The notes under the pieces were generated by a model. That model had not been told where the DNA came from. It did not search any database and saw only the letters and a list, made by a program, of their open reading frames with translations. From contig JAIRQO010000061.1 in NCBI GenBank assembly GCA_031256435.1, positions 59,301 through 123,300 of the forward strand: a stretch of 64,000 nt of DNA, read 5' to 3'. A program made the translations under genes and the position numbers. Origin of the DNA: Cellulomonadaceae bacterium. Lineage in GTDB: Bacteria > Actinomycetota > Actinomycetes > Actinomycetales > Cellulomonadaceae. Positions 18,239-28,782 of the stretch are shown piece after piece; within the stretch, counting starts at the first letter, position 1, and each line of letters opens with the position of its first letter.

Positions 18239-19094
18239 CGAACTAGACTATGACGATGAACTCCACCCCGGAGAAGACCTCAAAGAAGTAAAGAAAAAGG
18301 AACTTGGCGATCTATCCGTAGTGGTGGATGACGTCCACATCACCTACCGTGTATTCGGCGGTAAACGAGGTGGAACTGCAGGGATCAAGCCGTCGCTGGT
18401 GAGCCGCATGTTGGAAGCCGGGCGCCCCAAGCCACCGGTCACCCACGTGAAAGCCGTCCGTGGTGTCAGTTTCACTGCCCGGCGCGGTGAGGCCGTAGCT
18501 ATTGTGGGACACAACGGTTCCGGTAAATCCACCCTGCTTCGTGCCGTGGCGGGACTCCTCCCTCCCACGTCAGGAACCATCTACACCGCCAGCGAACCCG
18601 CTCTGCTGGGCGTCAACGCAGCCCTCATGCCCAAACTCACAGGCGAACGCAACATTGTGGTGGGAGGACTGGCGCTGGGACTCAACTACAAAGAGGTCCA
18701 GGAAAACGTCCAGAACGTGGCTGACTTTGCAGAATTGGGGGACTTCCTCTACCTGCCGATGAATGCGTATTCGTCGGGCATGAGTTCGCGCTTACGCTTT
18801 GCCATTTCCACCATCACCACACCGGATATCCTCATGATTGACGAGGCCCTCGGCACAGGTGACGCAGCTTTCCGCGCTAAGAGCACCGAACGTGTTGAGA
18901 TGGTGCGCGAGAACGCTGGAACCATCTTCTTTGTGAGTCACTCTCTTGCTCAGGTTCGCAAGATCTGCACCCGCGCATTATGGCTTGACCAAGGAAAACT
19001 CGTCATGGATGATGACGTGGAAGTGGTGGCTGACGCGTATGAGGTATTCATGCGGAACCGCAAGAAGGCGCGCTCAGGTGGCAAGGTGGTGTGA
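18231..19094 (+). CDS. tagH: Teichoic acid ABC exporter ATPase (TagH/Wzt)
   Basis: GHNGSGKST, YSSGM signature, LMIDEALGTGD. Confidence 0.92.
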   Translation: MSDELDYDDELHPGEDLKEVKKKELGDLSVVVDDVHITYRVFGGKRGGTAGIKPSLVSRMLEAGRPKPPVTHVKAVRGVSFTARRGEAVAIVGHNGSGKSTLLRAVAGLLPPTSGTIYTASEPALLGVNAALMPKLTGERNIVVGGLALGLNYKEVQENVQNVADFAELGDFLYLPMNAYSSGMSSRLRFAISTITTPDILMIDEALGTGDAAFRAKSTERVEMVRENAGTIFFVSHSLAQVRKICTRALWLDQGKLVMDDDVEVVADAYEVFMRNRKKARSGGKVV

Positions 19095-20757
19095 GGTTCG
19101 CGGGCTTCGTTGGGAGCGCGTGAACCTGCTCATTGATGTGGCCTTCGCCTGCGACGACGATGGCTTGACACCCTGTTCTGATGGCAACGTTTCCAGTGAG
19201 TGGACGTGGTGGATCGTGACTGGAAAGCCGGGACATCGGATCCGCAGGCCACTTCATGTCGTGAACGGATCTCAGAGTGAGGACTCCTTGACTCTTCAGG
19301 TCAACATCACGAATGCGGGCTCTCGGCGCGAGATCCCCGATGGCGAGTGGAGCATCGTTGCCTTCTGCCACGGTTCGCCAGTAGCATCCGTCACCGCAGC
19401 GAAGATGAGCCCACTCGATCTCCACAACGCGAGCCGTACCTTTCCCTACAACGGCAGCCGGAACTCTTATGCTGTGACGTTCAGCGCAGCACAGGATGCC
19501 ACCCACTCACTGCACATGACGGTAGCAAACCACAACACTCCCCCGTCATTCTCATCACTGCAAGGTGGCCTTGTACGCAGGCTTGCGCGTTGGGCGTTTG
19601 ACCGTGGACTGGTCCAAGCATGTTTCCAATCGGCTTACACGGCAATGCGCCTCGTCCTACCCCACCGTGGCAAGAAGAGAATTCTCCTTGCTCCCCAACT
19701 GCGCACCGATCTACGAGACAACATGCTTGCGCTGCATCGTCGGCTGGTAGAGCGCGGACTTGACACCGAGTTTTCGGTGAAGGTATTCCCGGACGTTCCT
19801 CGAACATCCACCATCGCTACAGCCAGGCATTGGCTCACCGCCGTGAAGCAGTTTGCCTGGGCAGACTTCATCTTCCTGGATGACTGGTGTGATCTGTTGA
19901 TGTACATCACGCCGTCACCCAGGACGGTGATCACCCAACTCTGGCACGGCGGATTCGGGTTCAAAACGGTGGGATTCTCCCAGTTTGGACTCCCCGGAGG
20001 GCCGGACCTCAACCCTCCACATCGCAAATACACGTACTCGGTGGTGGGCGCTGAAGGTGCACGGGACCAATTTGCGGAGAGTTTTGGCATCGAACGCGAG
20101 GCAGTGCTTCCCACCGGAGTGCCCAGGGTAGATGACCTCCTGGACCCGGTACGCCGCACAGAGGTTACCGAGAGGTTTCACGACGAGTTCCCGGAGTTCA
20201 CGGGTAGACGCATCATTCTCTTTGCCCCCACGTTCCGGGGTCAAGGTTCCGATTCCGCTTACTACCCCAGTGACCTCATCGACTGGGAAGCTCTCCACCA
20301 GTGGTGTGGCGACGACACTGCGGTGATCGTGGCGATGCATCCCTATGTCACCGCTCGCATGGTGGATGACCAGGAACGCCGTGTACACCTCGTCCCCAAT
20401 AACCTGCGTGATCGAATTCGTGAGGATGTGACAGGGTGGCCTGTCAACGACCTCCTCCTCATGGCAGACACCCTGGTGACTGACTATTCGTCGATCTGCT
20501 ATGAGTACACCTATCTCCAGCGACCCATCGTGTTCTACGCCCCAGATGAGGCAGAATACTCCGCAACCCGCGGATTCTACGCCCGCCTGGAGGACGTTGC
20601 GCCAGGTCCTGTGGTCACCACCTTCCCGGACCTGCTGAGCGCGCTTGACAGCAATGAGGCCGCAAACGAGCGAACCCTGAGGTACCGACAACGATTCTGC
20701 GGCCCCGCTGACACCCACAACGCAGATCGCCTCATTGACCGTGTACTGTTTCATTAG
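19078..20757 (+). CDS. CDP-glycerol/ribitol:poly(polyol-phosphate) phosphotransferase (TagF/TarL family)
   Basis: QLWHG, PTGVPRVD, FAPTFRG, MHP, LVTDYSS. GTG start at 19078 inferred from similarity to the N-terminus of the 23860 paralogue. Confidence 0.9.
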   Translation: MARWCEVRGLRWERVNLLIDVAFACDDDGLTPCSDGNVSSEWTWWIVTGKPGHRIRRPLHVVNGSQSEDSLTLQVNITNAGSRREIPDGEWSIVAFCHGSPVASVTAAKMSPLDLHNASRTFPYNGSRNSYAVTFSAAQDATHSLHMTVANHNTPPSFSSLQGGLVRRLARWAFDRGLVQACFQSAYTAMRLVLPHRGKKRILLAPQLRTDLRDNMLALHRRLVERGLDTEFSVKVFPDVPRTSTIATARHWLTAVKQFAWADFIFLDDWCDLLMYITPSPRTVITQLWHGGFGFKTVGFSQFGLPGGPDLNPPHRKYTYSVVGAEGARDQFAESFGIEREAVLPTGVPRVDDLLDPVRRTEVTERFHDEFPEFTGRRIILFAPTFRGQGSDSAYYPSDLIDWEALHQWCGDDTAVIVAMHPYVTARMVDDQERRVHLVPNNLRDRIREDVTGWPVNDLLLMADTLVTDYSSICYEYTYLQRPIVFYAPDEAEYSATRGFYARLEDVAPGPVVTTFPDLLSALDSNEAANERTLRYRQRFCGPADTHNADRLIDRVLFH

Positions 20758-20789
20758 TAGTAGAAATTTCTGAGAGGACTCCTGGGACC

Positions 20790-22136
20790 ATGACTCGCGT
20801 AATCACTTACGGTACGTATGACCTTTTCCACGAGGGGCACAAGCGTCTCTTGGAGCGTGCTAAGGAATTGGGCGATTACCTCATCGTCGGAGTAACAAGC
20901 ACCGCGTTCGATGAGTCACGCGGGAAGCTCGATGTATCCCAAAGCCTCGTGGAACGCATCGAGAACGTCAGGAAATCCGGCGTTGCTGACGAGATCATTG
21001 TGGAAGAGTTCCAAGGGCAGAAGATTCGAGACATCATTGAACACAAGGTGGATATTTTCACCGTCGGTTCTGACTGGATGGGCAAGTTTGATTACCTCAA
21101 CGAGTACTGCAAAGTGGTGTACCTGGACCGCACTAAGGGAGTGTCCTCCACCAAATTGCGCTCCGAGGAAGGCGTGGGTATTCAACGCCTTGGGATTGTA
21201 GGAGCAGGCCGGGTAGCCCATCGTTTCATCGCCGAAGTGCGGTACGTGTCAGGCCTGGAAGTGGACTCAGTCTATGATCCTGACCACGCCGCAGCCATGG
21301 AATTTGTTCAGAAGTATGACCTTCGGCATGCAGCCCCGGACTATGACGAGATGCTCAATGACGTGGGTGCTGTATACATTGCCAGCCCGCACGCGAGCCA
21401 CGTGGAGTACGCCCGAAAAGCCATTGACGCTGGTGTCCACGTATTGTGTGAAAAGCCGCTGTCGCTCACGGCTGCGGACGCTGAGGACCTGTACGCGCGG
21501 GCCGAGGCCAATAGCGTTGTTCTGCTCGAGGCAATCAAAACGGCGTTCTGCCCTGGCTTTAGACGGATGGTTGTTCTGGCTCGTAGCGGATCCATTGGGC
21601 AAATCCGGTCCATCGATGCCACATTCACCAAACTCATGGAGCCTGGTAGAGAGTTTGAGGGTCCTGACGGCGGTGCCATTTCCGAGTTGGCCACGTTCCC
21701 CCTCCTCGCCGCCGTGAAACTGCTGGGTACAGAGTTTGAAGATGTCCGCACCACCAAACTGGTTCCCGAAGGCAGTGATGTGGACACGTTTGCTCGGATT
21801 GACCTCCGGACTGAGAAGGCAACCGCTACGTGCCGCGCTGGCATTGGAGTGAAAGCCGAAGGCTCGCTGGTGGTGGCAGGAACCGAAGGCTATGTTTACG
21901 TTCCTGCACCCTGGTGGCTCACCAACTATTACGAGGAGCGCTTTGAGGAGCCTGGTGTATCCCGCCGGTATTACTACGCCTTTGATGGCGATGGGATGCG
22001 TTACGAGATCTCAGAGTTCCACCGGATGATTCGTGAAGGACGCACAAGTTCCTTCATGCTGACCCCACAGGAATCCATTGCCATAGCACGCCTGATTGAG
22101 ACTGCCAGGGCAGACAACACGGCCGTGCTGCGGTAA
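20790..22136 (+). CDS. Bifunctional TagD-like polyol-phosphate cytidylyltransferase + Gfo/Idh/MocA oxidoreductase
   Basis: N-terminal TYGTYDLFHEGH and RTKGVSST; C-terminal GIVGAGRVA and HVLCEKP. Confidence 0.9.
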   Translation: MTRVITYGTYDLFHEGHKRLLERAKELGDYLIVGVTSTAFDESRGKLDVSQSLVERIENVRKSGVADEIIVEEFQGQKIRDIIEHKVDIFTVGSDWMGKFDYLNEYCKVVYLDRTKGVSSTKLRSEEGVGIQRLGIVGAGRVAHRFIAEVRYVSGLEVDSVYDPDHAAAMEFVQKYDLRHAAPDYDEMLNDVGAVYIASPHASHVEYARKAIDAGVHVLCEKPLSLTAADAEDLYARAEANSVVLLEAIKTAFCPGFRRMVVLARSGSIGQIRSIDATFTKLMEPGREFEGPDGGAISELATFPLLAAVKLLGTEFEDVRTTKLVPEGSDVDTFARIDLRTEKATATCRAGIGVKAEGSLVVAGTEGYVYVPAPWWLTNYYEERFEEPGVSRRYYYAFDGDGMRYEISEFHRMIREGRTSSFMLTPQESIAIARLIETARADNTAVLR

Positions 22137-22192
22137 GGCGAGAATCTTCCAACTTCCAGTGATGGGTGGCCCGTGTCCGCCGGGCTCACCTC

Positions 22193-23860
22193 TCACCGAG
22201 CCTGCGGAAGCACCAACGGTTTCCGATAGATCACCGTGTCAATAGCCCTGTCTGCATTGTGGGTGTCAGCAGGTCCACAGAACTGTTCACGGTACTTGTC
22301 CCTACGCCAGGTTTCGTAGTCCTCACTCTCCAACGCGGCGAGTAACTCGTCCGATGTGGCAACGATCTTCCCCGGCACGTATTCCCGGTACCCGTAGAAT
22401 CCCCGCGATACGGAATAGCCCTCTTCATCCGGGGCAAAGAACAACATGGGCTTATCCAAGTAACTAAACTCATAACAGATCGACGAGTAGTCCGTGATAA
22501 GGATGTCCACTACATGAAGAAGGTCATTTGTCACCAAGTAGTCTGACATATCAACGAGGCGGTCCGAGAATTCCTTGGGGATGAAACTGTGGTAGGTGCC
22601 CGTCTTGTAATCCGTGAGGCGGTTGGTGACATAAGGGTGGACTTTGAACAGGATGCGCGTGTCATCGCCGCACCAGTCATAGAACTTCTGGAAGTCAAGC
22701 CACTCGAAGGGGTAATGGGCCGCGCCAGCTGTGGCACCACGGAAGGTGGGAGCAAAGAGGATCAGTCGTTTCCCCGTCAGGTTGGGGTACTTGGCAGCGA
22801 ACTCTTCTTTCACATGGGCAATCTTCCCGGGATCCAGCAACTCATCAATGCGAATCACCCCAGTGGGCAGCACATTCGCCTTCTCCATACCGAACATCTC
22901 GGCGTATTGGTCCCGTAGCCCTTCACTTCCCACGAGCGCGTAAGAATACTTGCGATGCGGATTATCGGGACGGGGCGAACCGTGCATTCCGAAACGAGAG
23001 AGCCCCACCGCTTTGAAGCCGAAACCAGCATGCCAAACCTGGATCACCTTTTGCTGCTCGTCTGTACGGGTGTAGCCCAGGAAGTTGCTCCAGTCATCAA
23101 CAAAAATGAAGTCCGCTTGAGCAAATTCCCACGTGTTGTGGAGCCAGTTCTTGATGGAATTGGGCAATGACTGAAACTCCCACGCCGTGAGTTCACGGAT
23201 GTCAAACTCCTTGTCCATCCCACGTTCGTACATCTTGTTTCGTAACATCAGGAGATTGTCGCGAATCACCATACGATGTTGCGCGGCCAGCAGAATCCGC
23301 TTCTGCGGGTGCCGCGTAAATTTCTGCGCAATGCGAAACACCCTGTAGATCGCCTGGAAAGCGAAGGGGATCACCCCGTGGTTGACTCCCCAGCGCTTGA
23401 ACTTCTTAAGGAACTTACCCTTGGTCTCTCCCCAACTCGGCTCGTTAGCAAAGTCCTTGGCGCGAATGAGGAAGGTAGGGTTATCCACGTCCTCGGTGAG
23501 ATCAAAACGTACAATGAAGGAACTGCGCCCTCCGGCATAGGGGAATATCTTGGTCCAATCATTCAATTTAGCCGCGTTGGCAGGATCAAAGACTGCTGGA
23601 TCCTGTGCCTCCCCACCAAAGTACGGCACAACGAGCCAGCGGCCATCGGGGATGACGTGTCTGCCACCCGCAACGGTCACATTGAGGCGGAGCGTGTACT
23701 CCGTGTTGGATTGGCCCGGGGCGCTGAGGAGTTGAATGGTTTCCTCTTGACTTACCAGGCGAAAATCACACGGACCTGCAACTTGCTCATCAAACTCCAC
23801 GTCCATAACAAGATGGACGCGCTCCCATTGGATGTTTGTCACTACACAGCGGTTAGCCAT
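22193..23860 (-). CDS. CDP-glycerol/ribitol phosphotransferase (TagF/TarL family)
   Basis: QVWHAG, PTGVIRID, FAPTFRG, KVHP, LITDYSS. Confidence 0.9.
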   Translation of the reverse strand: MANRCVVTNIQWERVHLVMDVEFDEQVAGPCDFRLVSQEETIQLLSAPGQSNTEYTLRLNVTVAGGRHVIPDGRWLVVPYFGGEAQDPAVFDPANAAKLNDWTKIFPYAGGRSSFIVRFDLTEDVDNPTFLIRAKDFANEPSWGETKGKFLKKFKRWGVNHGVIPFAFQAIYRVFRIAQKFTRHPQKRILLAAQHRMVIRDNLLMLRNKMYERGMDKEFDIRELTAWEFQSLPNSIKNWLHNTWEFAQADFIFVDDWSNFLGYTRTDEQQKVIQVWHAGFGFKAVGLSRFGMHGSPRPDNPHRKYSYALVGSEGLRDQYAEMFGMEKANVLPTGVIRIDELLDPGKIAHVKEEFAAKYPNLTGKRLILFAPTFRGATAGAAHYPFEWLDFQKFYDWCGDDTRILFKVHPYVTNRLTDYKTGTYHSFIPKEFSDRLVDMSDYLVTNDLLHVVDILITDYSSICYEFSYLDKPMLFFAPDEEGYSVSRGFYGYREYVPGKIVATSDELLAALESEDYETWRRDKYREQFCGPADTHNADRAIDTVIYRKPLVLPQAR

Positions 23861-23892
23861 GGGCTTTCCTTCCCCCTTATGCGAGGCACCTA

Positions 23893-24615
23893 TTACTTGT
23901 ACGAGTAAGCACCATCAATGGTCACCACCGTGCCGTTGATGAATCCGTTTTCTACCAGGTGATACGCCAAATCAGCGATTTCCTGAGGCTTGGCAAAACG
24001 GTGCAAGGCCACCTTATTGTTGATATTGTCCCGTATCTCCTGCGGCTTCTCCAATTGCCATGGCGTCTCCACAAATCCAGGGGCGATGGCATTGATGGTG
24101 ATGTCCTTGCCGTCAAAGAACTTGGGCAGGTTGCGAGCCAGCGCGAGGACAGCAGACTTGGTGACGCCGTACGCAAGGGACATGCTGTGCGGTTGGATTC
24201 CCATGAGTGAACCCATGAAAATGATCCTGCCTGGCTCATTCATGGTGAGGCCGAGTTTCTGAACCAGGAACACCGGGATGGTGACGTTGACGTTCATCAC
24301 GAGGTTCCACTGTTCGAAGGTGAGGTCCTCCAGGGAGCCACGGGACGTCATCCCAGCATTGATCACCAATACATCGAGTTTGTCCGTCACGGCTGTCACT
24401 TGAGCCACGCACTCGTCGAGCCCAGACATGGTGCCGAGGTTCGCTGGAACAAAACCAAATTGCTCAGGGAATGCCGCACTCCACTCGGCATCAACAGCGG
24501 AGGTGTCTTCCCCGGGAAGGCATCCTGCCAACACGTGGTAGCCGTTGCCGAGAAGCTTCTCCGCAATGGCGCGGCCAATTCCGCTGGCTCCGCCAGTGAC
24601 AAGTGCGTACTTCAT
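23893..24615 (-). CDS. SDR family oxidoreductase
   Basis: VTGGASGIG, NAG, YGVTK, INAIAPG. Confidence 0.9.
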   Translation of the reverse strand: MKYALVTGGASGIGRAIAEKLLGNGYHVLAGCLPGEDTSAVDAEWSAAFPEQFGFVPANLGTMSGLDECVAQVTAVTDKLDVLVINAGMTSRGSLEDLTFEQWNLVMNVNVTIPVFLVQKLGLTMNEPGRIIFMGSLMGIQPHSMSLAYGVTKSAVLALARNLPKFFDGKDITINAIAPGFVETPWQLEKPQEIRDNINNKVALHRFAKPQEIADLAYHLVENGFINGTVVTIDGAYSYK

Positions 24616-26072
24616 GGTGTTCCTCCGTTGTGAATTTCCTGGGGTTGATGTAGATGGTCTGCTAGGGAAAAAGCCTTCTCCCAGTCTGCCGTAACTGCCT
24701 TGGCGGTGTTATGCTGCTCAATCCGGTGGCGTGCTTCCGTGCCCATCTGCGCCGCACCGGTTGGATTTCCCAGCATATCCGCAATGGCATTGGCCAGGGC
24801 TTGCCGGTCCCCTTGCGGAACAATCCGGCCCGTCACTCCGTCTTCGATCAATCCCGACGGGCCGTAGCGGCAATCGTAGGCCGCAACAGGGGTGGCCATG
24901 GCATTGGATTCCAGGATGTTCAGGGGTTGCCCTTCATAGAGACTTGAACTCACCGTGCAGACGCTGCGAGCCATCACGTCCCGTGGATTGGTTGTGAACC
25001 CCTTGAAGGTGATTTGACGTTCAAGATCGCGTTGTTTCACAAGCTTCTTGAGGTCAGATTCGCAGGAACCCCTTCCGTATATCTCAAACCGGGCCTGCGG
25101 AAACCTCGGCGCAATGAGGGCGAATGCCTCGATGCTCTCATGCACCGCTTTTTGCTCCACAAGTCGGCCTACAAGGCTGACCAAGTTAACGTCCTTATCC
25201 ACCGAAGGCAGGGGTGGCAGCGCGGTGATGTTGTTTACCGTGGTGATTCCACCATCGCGGCCCAGGAGAGTCTTGATGTCATCTTCTTGCTGATCGGTCA
25301 GGGTCACAATGACATCGATCTTCTTGTGTGCCTTCAGCGCCCAGCGGTAGTTACTACGTATCTCAGAACCAGGACAATAGGGCGGATCCCACACATTGTT
25401 ATGGATGACCCAGAGTTTTCTTGCTGGTCCCACATTTGCCCGCGCTAAGAGCGGCACCTCCGTGGGGTAGTTGACAACAATGGCGTCATTGCCCGTGGCG
25501 TTGGAAAAAACAGACTCCAACCACTCAATCCGCCAGTTGGTAACCGAAGGATATTCCGATACCTGCCCATCCGGATGGAATACCTGCACAGGTGCTTCCG
25601 TACCGCTGTCACCATAGGGGCGCCTGACCAAATACGTATTCCCTCCCTCGGTGAGGACAGTGGTTTCCTCACCCCCGTGTGGGAGTTTCTGTTTGACTAC
25701 GTGAGTGGCGTTGCTGGAACCGGATGCACTCTCGCCTGGTGCTTTGGACTTCTGTGTATTCCAGAGTTTCTTGAGTCCCAGGAGCAACGAAAGCTTTGGG
25801 GTAGGTGACCCTAACCCGGCGTTGCGTTTTTCCGCTTCAGCCCATGCGGCCACCATGTCCACGTTTGGATTGAGCACCTCGACACTTCGAGGTAGGTCGC
25901 CACTGGAGTACACGTTCTCGATGGTCTCGCGGGTGTCATAGTGACTGAAGGTGATCATGGACACCTTGTGCCCTGCAGCGAGGAACATCTCTGCCTGATT
26001 GCGCATGGCGCGTCCAACCCCACCGGTGACCTCACTCATGGCTATTCCCATGATGTAAATGTGACGGGACAT
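24612..26072 (-). CDS. GT4 glycosyltransferase (TagE-like poly(glycerol-phosphate) alpha-glucosyltransferase)
   Basis: GGVGRA, VGRLVEQK, SLYEGQPLNILES, YGPSGLIEDG. ATGA overlap with the SDR gene. Confidence 0.88.
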   Translation of the reverse strand: MSRHIYIMGIAMSEVTGGVGRAMRNQAEMFLAAGHKVSMITFSHYDTRETIENVYSSGDLPRSVEVLNPNVDMVAAWAEAEKRNAGLGSPTPKLSLLLGLKKLWNTQKSKAPGESASGSSNATHVVKQKLPHGGEETTVLTEGGNTYLVRRPYGDSGTEAPVQVFHPDGQVSEYPSVTNWRIEWLESVFSNATGNDAIVVNYPTEVPLLARANVGPARKLWVIHNNVWDPPYCPGSEIRSNYRWALKAHKKIDVIVTLTDQQEDDIKTLLGRDGGITTVNNITALPPLPSVDKDVNLVSLVGRLVEQKAVHESIEAFALIAPRFPQARFEIYGRGSCESDLKKLVKQRDLERQITFKGFTTNPRDVMARSVCTVSSSLYEGQPLNILESNAMATPVAAYDCRYGPSGLIEDGVTGRIVPQGDRQALANAIADMLGNPTGAAQMGTEARHRIEQHNTAKAVTADWEKAFSLADHLHQPQEIHNGGTP

Positions 26073-26115
26073 CAGTTCCCTACCTTATGCGCAGCCAATC
26101 AGAATGCCTCAAGAA

Positions 26116-27240
26116 CTACTTTGCAGACACACGCCGCCGCAAACCTCGGACAAGGCGCCGCGCCTGGATTTCGGCTTTACCAACAAAACTACTGTCAACC
26201 CGTTGTTGTAACGCCTCTTGTTGTGACAGTGATTCCTTGAGTTGCTTCTCGGTGGCTACGTGCTCCTTGCGGAGTTTGTTGGACGGCTCCGTGAACTTCA
26301 TGATGGAGGACATCAGAGCTTCGTTCCCAATGAGTTCTGGAATATTGGTCCGGGAGAATCCGATTCCATGGTCCACCGCGTCATATCCCGTAAACGTGGA
26401 GAAAGTGTCAACCAGGGACTGGCGCTTTTCGAGGAAGTCCGTGGGATTCTCACCTGGATCATCCACATTGAAGAACTCGTAATTGTTGAGGTACTCATCC
26501 TGAGTGGCGCTTCGGACAAAACTCTCCAACCCGGCAAATCGCCGTGCCACGTAGTTTCCTGGCGTCTTAATGAGCGCCACCGGTGTACCAAATGCCGTGG
26601 AAGGGAGCATGCAGTGCAGGCGACAGGTGACCGTGGAGTGCGCTGCCTGGTACATCGAAAGCATCCACTCGGCAGTGGCGAACCTTTCTTCCAACGTGAG
26701 GTTCGCGTTGAAATAGGGAGAAATCCGGTACACAGGACGGTCAGTCTTTGACTTCACAAACTCAAAGACCTCGTCAGATACGTCACAGGCCAACACAAAA
26801 TCTTGCTTCTTGATCCGCTCGTCCCGCTGGAGCGTGAGAGTGGCGCACCCTGACCAGTACGCATCCAGTCCTTTGCTTCGCATGAGTTTGGCCGTTTCCG
26901 GATCACGAGCGCCAACGGGAATACCCGGGCCACGCATCGCTGCAAGTCCGTCAGGACCAAACATTGCTTGCTGAACCTTGTCATTGCCGCGGTTCACGTA
27001 CATGGAAACCCACAGCGGATTGATATTGGGGTCCGTGGGAGCAAACTGGTACGGAGAGTGCATATACCACCCGTTGGCAATCAACTTAATTTCATCAGTG
27101 TTGTCTGGGTCACTGAAAGTCCCGAGTTCATCCCTGTTGATGTAATAGTCAACCTGAGGTAGGAATCGTCGAGCAGCGATGGACTGCACCTCATCACCAA
27201 GGTTGGGCGTACTGTACGTGTACAACGCAAATTTTGTCAC
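26116..27240 (-). CDS. Polysaccharide pyruvyltransferase family protein
   Basis: NLGDEVQSIA, GARD, TCRLHCMLP, C-terminal coiled coil. GTG start at 27240 inferred. Confidence 0.85.
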   Translation of the reverse strand: MTKFALYTYSTPNLGDEVQSIAARRFLPQVDYYINRDELGTFSDPDNTDEIKLIANGWYMHSPYQFAPTDPNINPLWVSMYVNRGNDKVQQAMFGPDGLAAMRGPGIPVGARDPETAKLMRSKGLDAYWSGCATLTLQRDERIKKQDFVLACDVSDEVFEFVKSKTDRPVYRISPYFNANLTLEERFATAEWMLSMYQAAHSTVTCRLHCMLPSTAFGTPVALIKTPGNYVARRFAGLESFVRSATQDEYLNNYEFFNVDDPGENPTDFLEKRQSLVDTFSTFTGYDAVDHGIGFSRTNIPELIGNEALMSSIMKFTEPSNKLRKEHVATEKQLKESLSQQEALQQRVDSSFVGKAEIQARRLVRGLRRRVSAK

Positions 27241-27336
27241 CCTGGCATCGTATCCGGTTCCGTTGCGCGCTGCACCGTCGCCGCCACGCAGGTACGAGTA
27301 CAGTTGAGGTAACCGGACATAGATGGAGGACGGAAC

Positions 27337-28566
27337 ATGAGGGCTTGGGTGCGCCGCAAGGTGGCTGCCGTACATCGACGACTCACGCGATGGCACCACC
27401 GCATGGCGCGAATGTGCGGACAAAGGCCCGATGTCTACCTCGTGGTCACAGATCTTGCTGGCGGCGGTGTGGGGCATGCCACGCGGTCACAGGCAACGAT
27501 CCTGCACAACACGGGGCACAAAGTCACCATCCTGACAACACACGAGAATGTGACCGCTGACAAAGTGGACAATGAGTACGCGCTTGGTAAAGTGCCTCGC
27601 GAAGTGCCGATCCGTAATCTCCAACAGGAACTTGGGACACGCCCACCAGAGTTTGCCAACGATTACCGATGGGCTGAAGGCTGGGTGGAGGCAATCCTCG
27701 GTTCGGCTCGCAAAGGTAGCGTGATTGTTGCCAACTATCCCGCAATCGCCCAAATGATTGGCCGAGCAAACCTCCCTGGGATTCGCAAACTGTGGGTATT
27801 GCACAACAACGTGTTTGATGCTCCGGACTTCACACCCACATCCGCGGTGCGGGCCAACTATGCCCGCGGGCTTGAGTCCGCTAGGGACTTGGATGGGCTA
27901 CTGATTCTCACTCAGCAAGAGTTCGACGATATGACTACTCATGTGCGTCCTATGGCGCCCATGTACGTTGTTCCTAACTCCACTGCCGTGCTCCCGGAGC
28001 CTCATACGCAGCGTGACCCCAATCTGGTGGTGGCCTTTGGCCGCTTTGAACCACAAAAGGCCTTCCCCGAGGCAATCCGTACTTTCAAACTTGTTGTGGC
28101 CCAACGCCCCGAGGCGCGGCTCGAGATCTATGGGCGGGGCAAATTGCGCCATGACCTCAAGGCACTCATCGAATCCGAGGGTCTCAGCAACTCCGTCATC
28201 ATGAAGTCCTACACCAAGAATCCGCATGGCGTGATGGCTCGTGCCATGTGCATGATGATGACCAGTGATTACGAGGGCCAACCCTTGGTGATCCTTGAAT
28301 CTCACATGATGAAAACTCCCTTGGCCACGTACGCGTATCGATACGGACCTGAGACCATGATTGAAGATGGTGTCAATGGCCGTGTGGTGCCGTGGAGAGA
28401 TCGTCAGGCTCTGGCCAACGCTGTGATTGACCTGCTTGACCGCCCAGAGACAGTTGAGGCCATGGGTACGGTGGCCCGGCAGCGCGCCATTGCTGAATAT
28501 TCCCCTGAAGTCATTGCGAAAGCCTGGATTCGAGTATTCCGCAAGGTGAAGTTGCGCTCCTCCTAG
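27337..28566 (+). CDS. GT4 glycosyltransferase (TagE-like)
   Basis: GGGVGHA, FGRFEPQK, SDYEGQPLVILES, YGPETMIEDG; paralogue of 24612-26072. Confidence 0.88.
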   Translation: MRAWVRRKVAAVHRRLTRWHHRMARMCGQRPDVYLVVTDLAGGGVGHATRSQATILHNTGHKVTILTTHENVTADKVDNEYALGKVPREVPIRNLQQELGTRPPEFANDYRWAEGWVEAILGSARKGSVIVANYPAIAQMIGRANLPGIRKLWVLHNNVFDAPDFTPTSAVRANYARGLESARDLDGLLILTQQEFDDMTTHVRPMAPMYVVPNSTAVLPEPHTQRDPNLVVAFGRFEPQKAFPEAIRTFKLVVAQRPEARLEIYGRGKLRHDLKALIESEGLSNSVIMKSYTKNPHGVMARAMCMMMTSDYEGQPLVILESHMMKTPLATYAYRYGPETMIEDGVNGRVVPWRDRQALANAVIDLLDRPETVEAMGTVARQRAIAEYSPEVIAKAWIRVFRKVKLRSS

Positions 28567-28782
28567 GGACCCATATCCCGGTAACTGCGCGACCCCGTCC
28601 ACCCAATCAGAACAAGCCACATCTTCAATCTTGCGCGGCCACTCAATACGGATGCGTTTCACGTTGTCCTGAAGCGATCGGTAACCTTGTGAAAATCCAC
28701 GCCGCGTGCCCAAGTAGGCACGGGCTGTGCATTGCAGTTCTACTCCGTGGCACAATCGCTACAACGACTCACCGAGGTTTCC

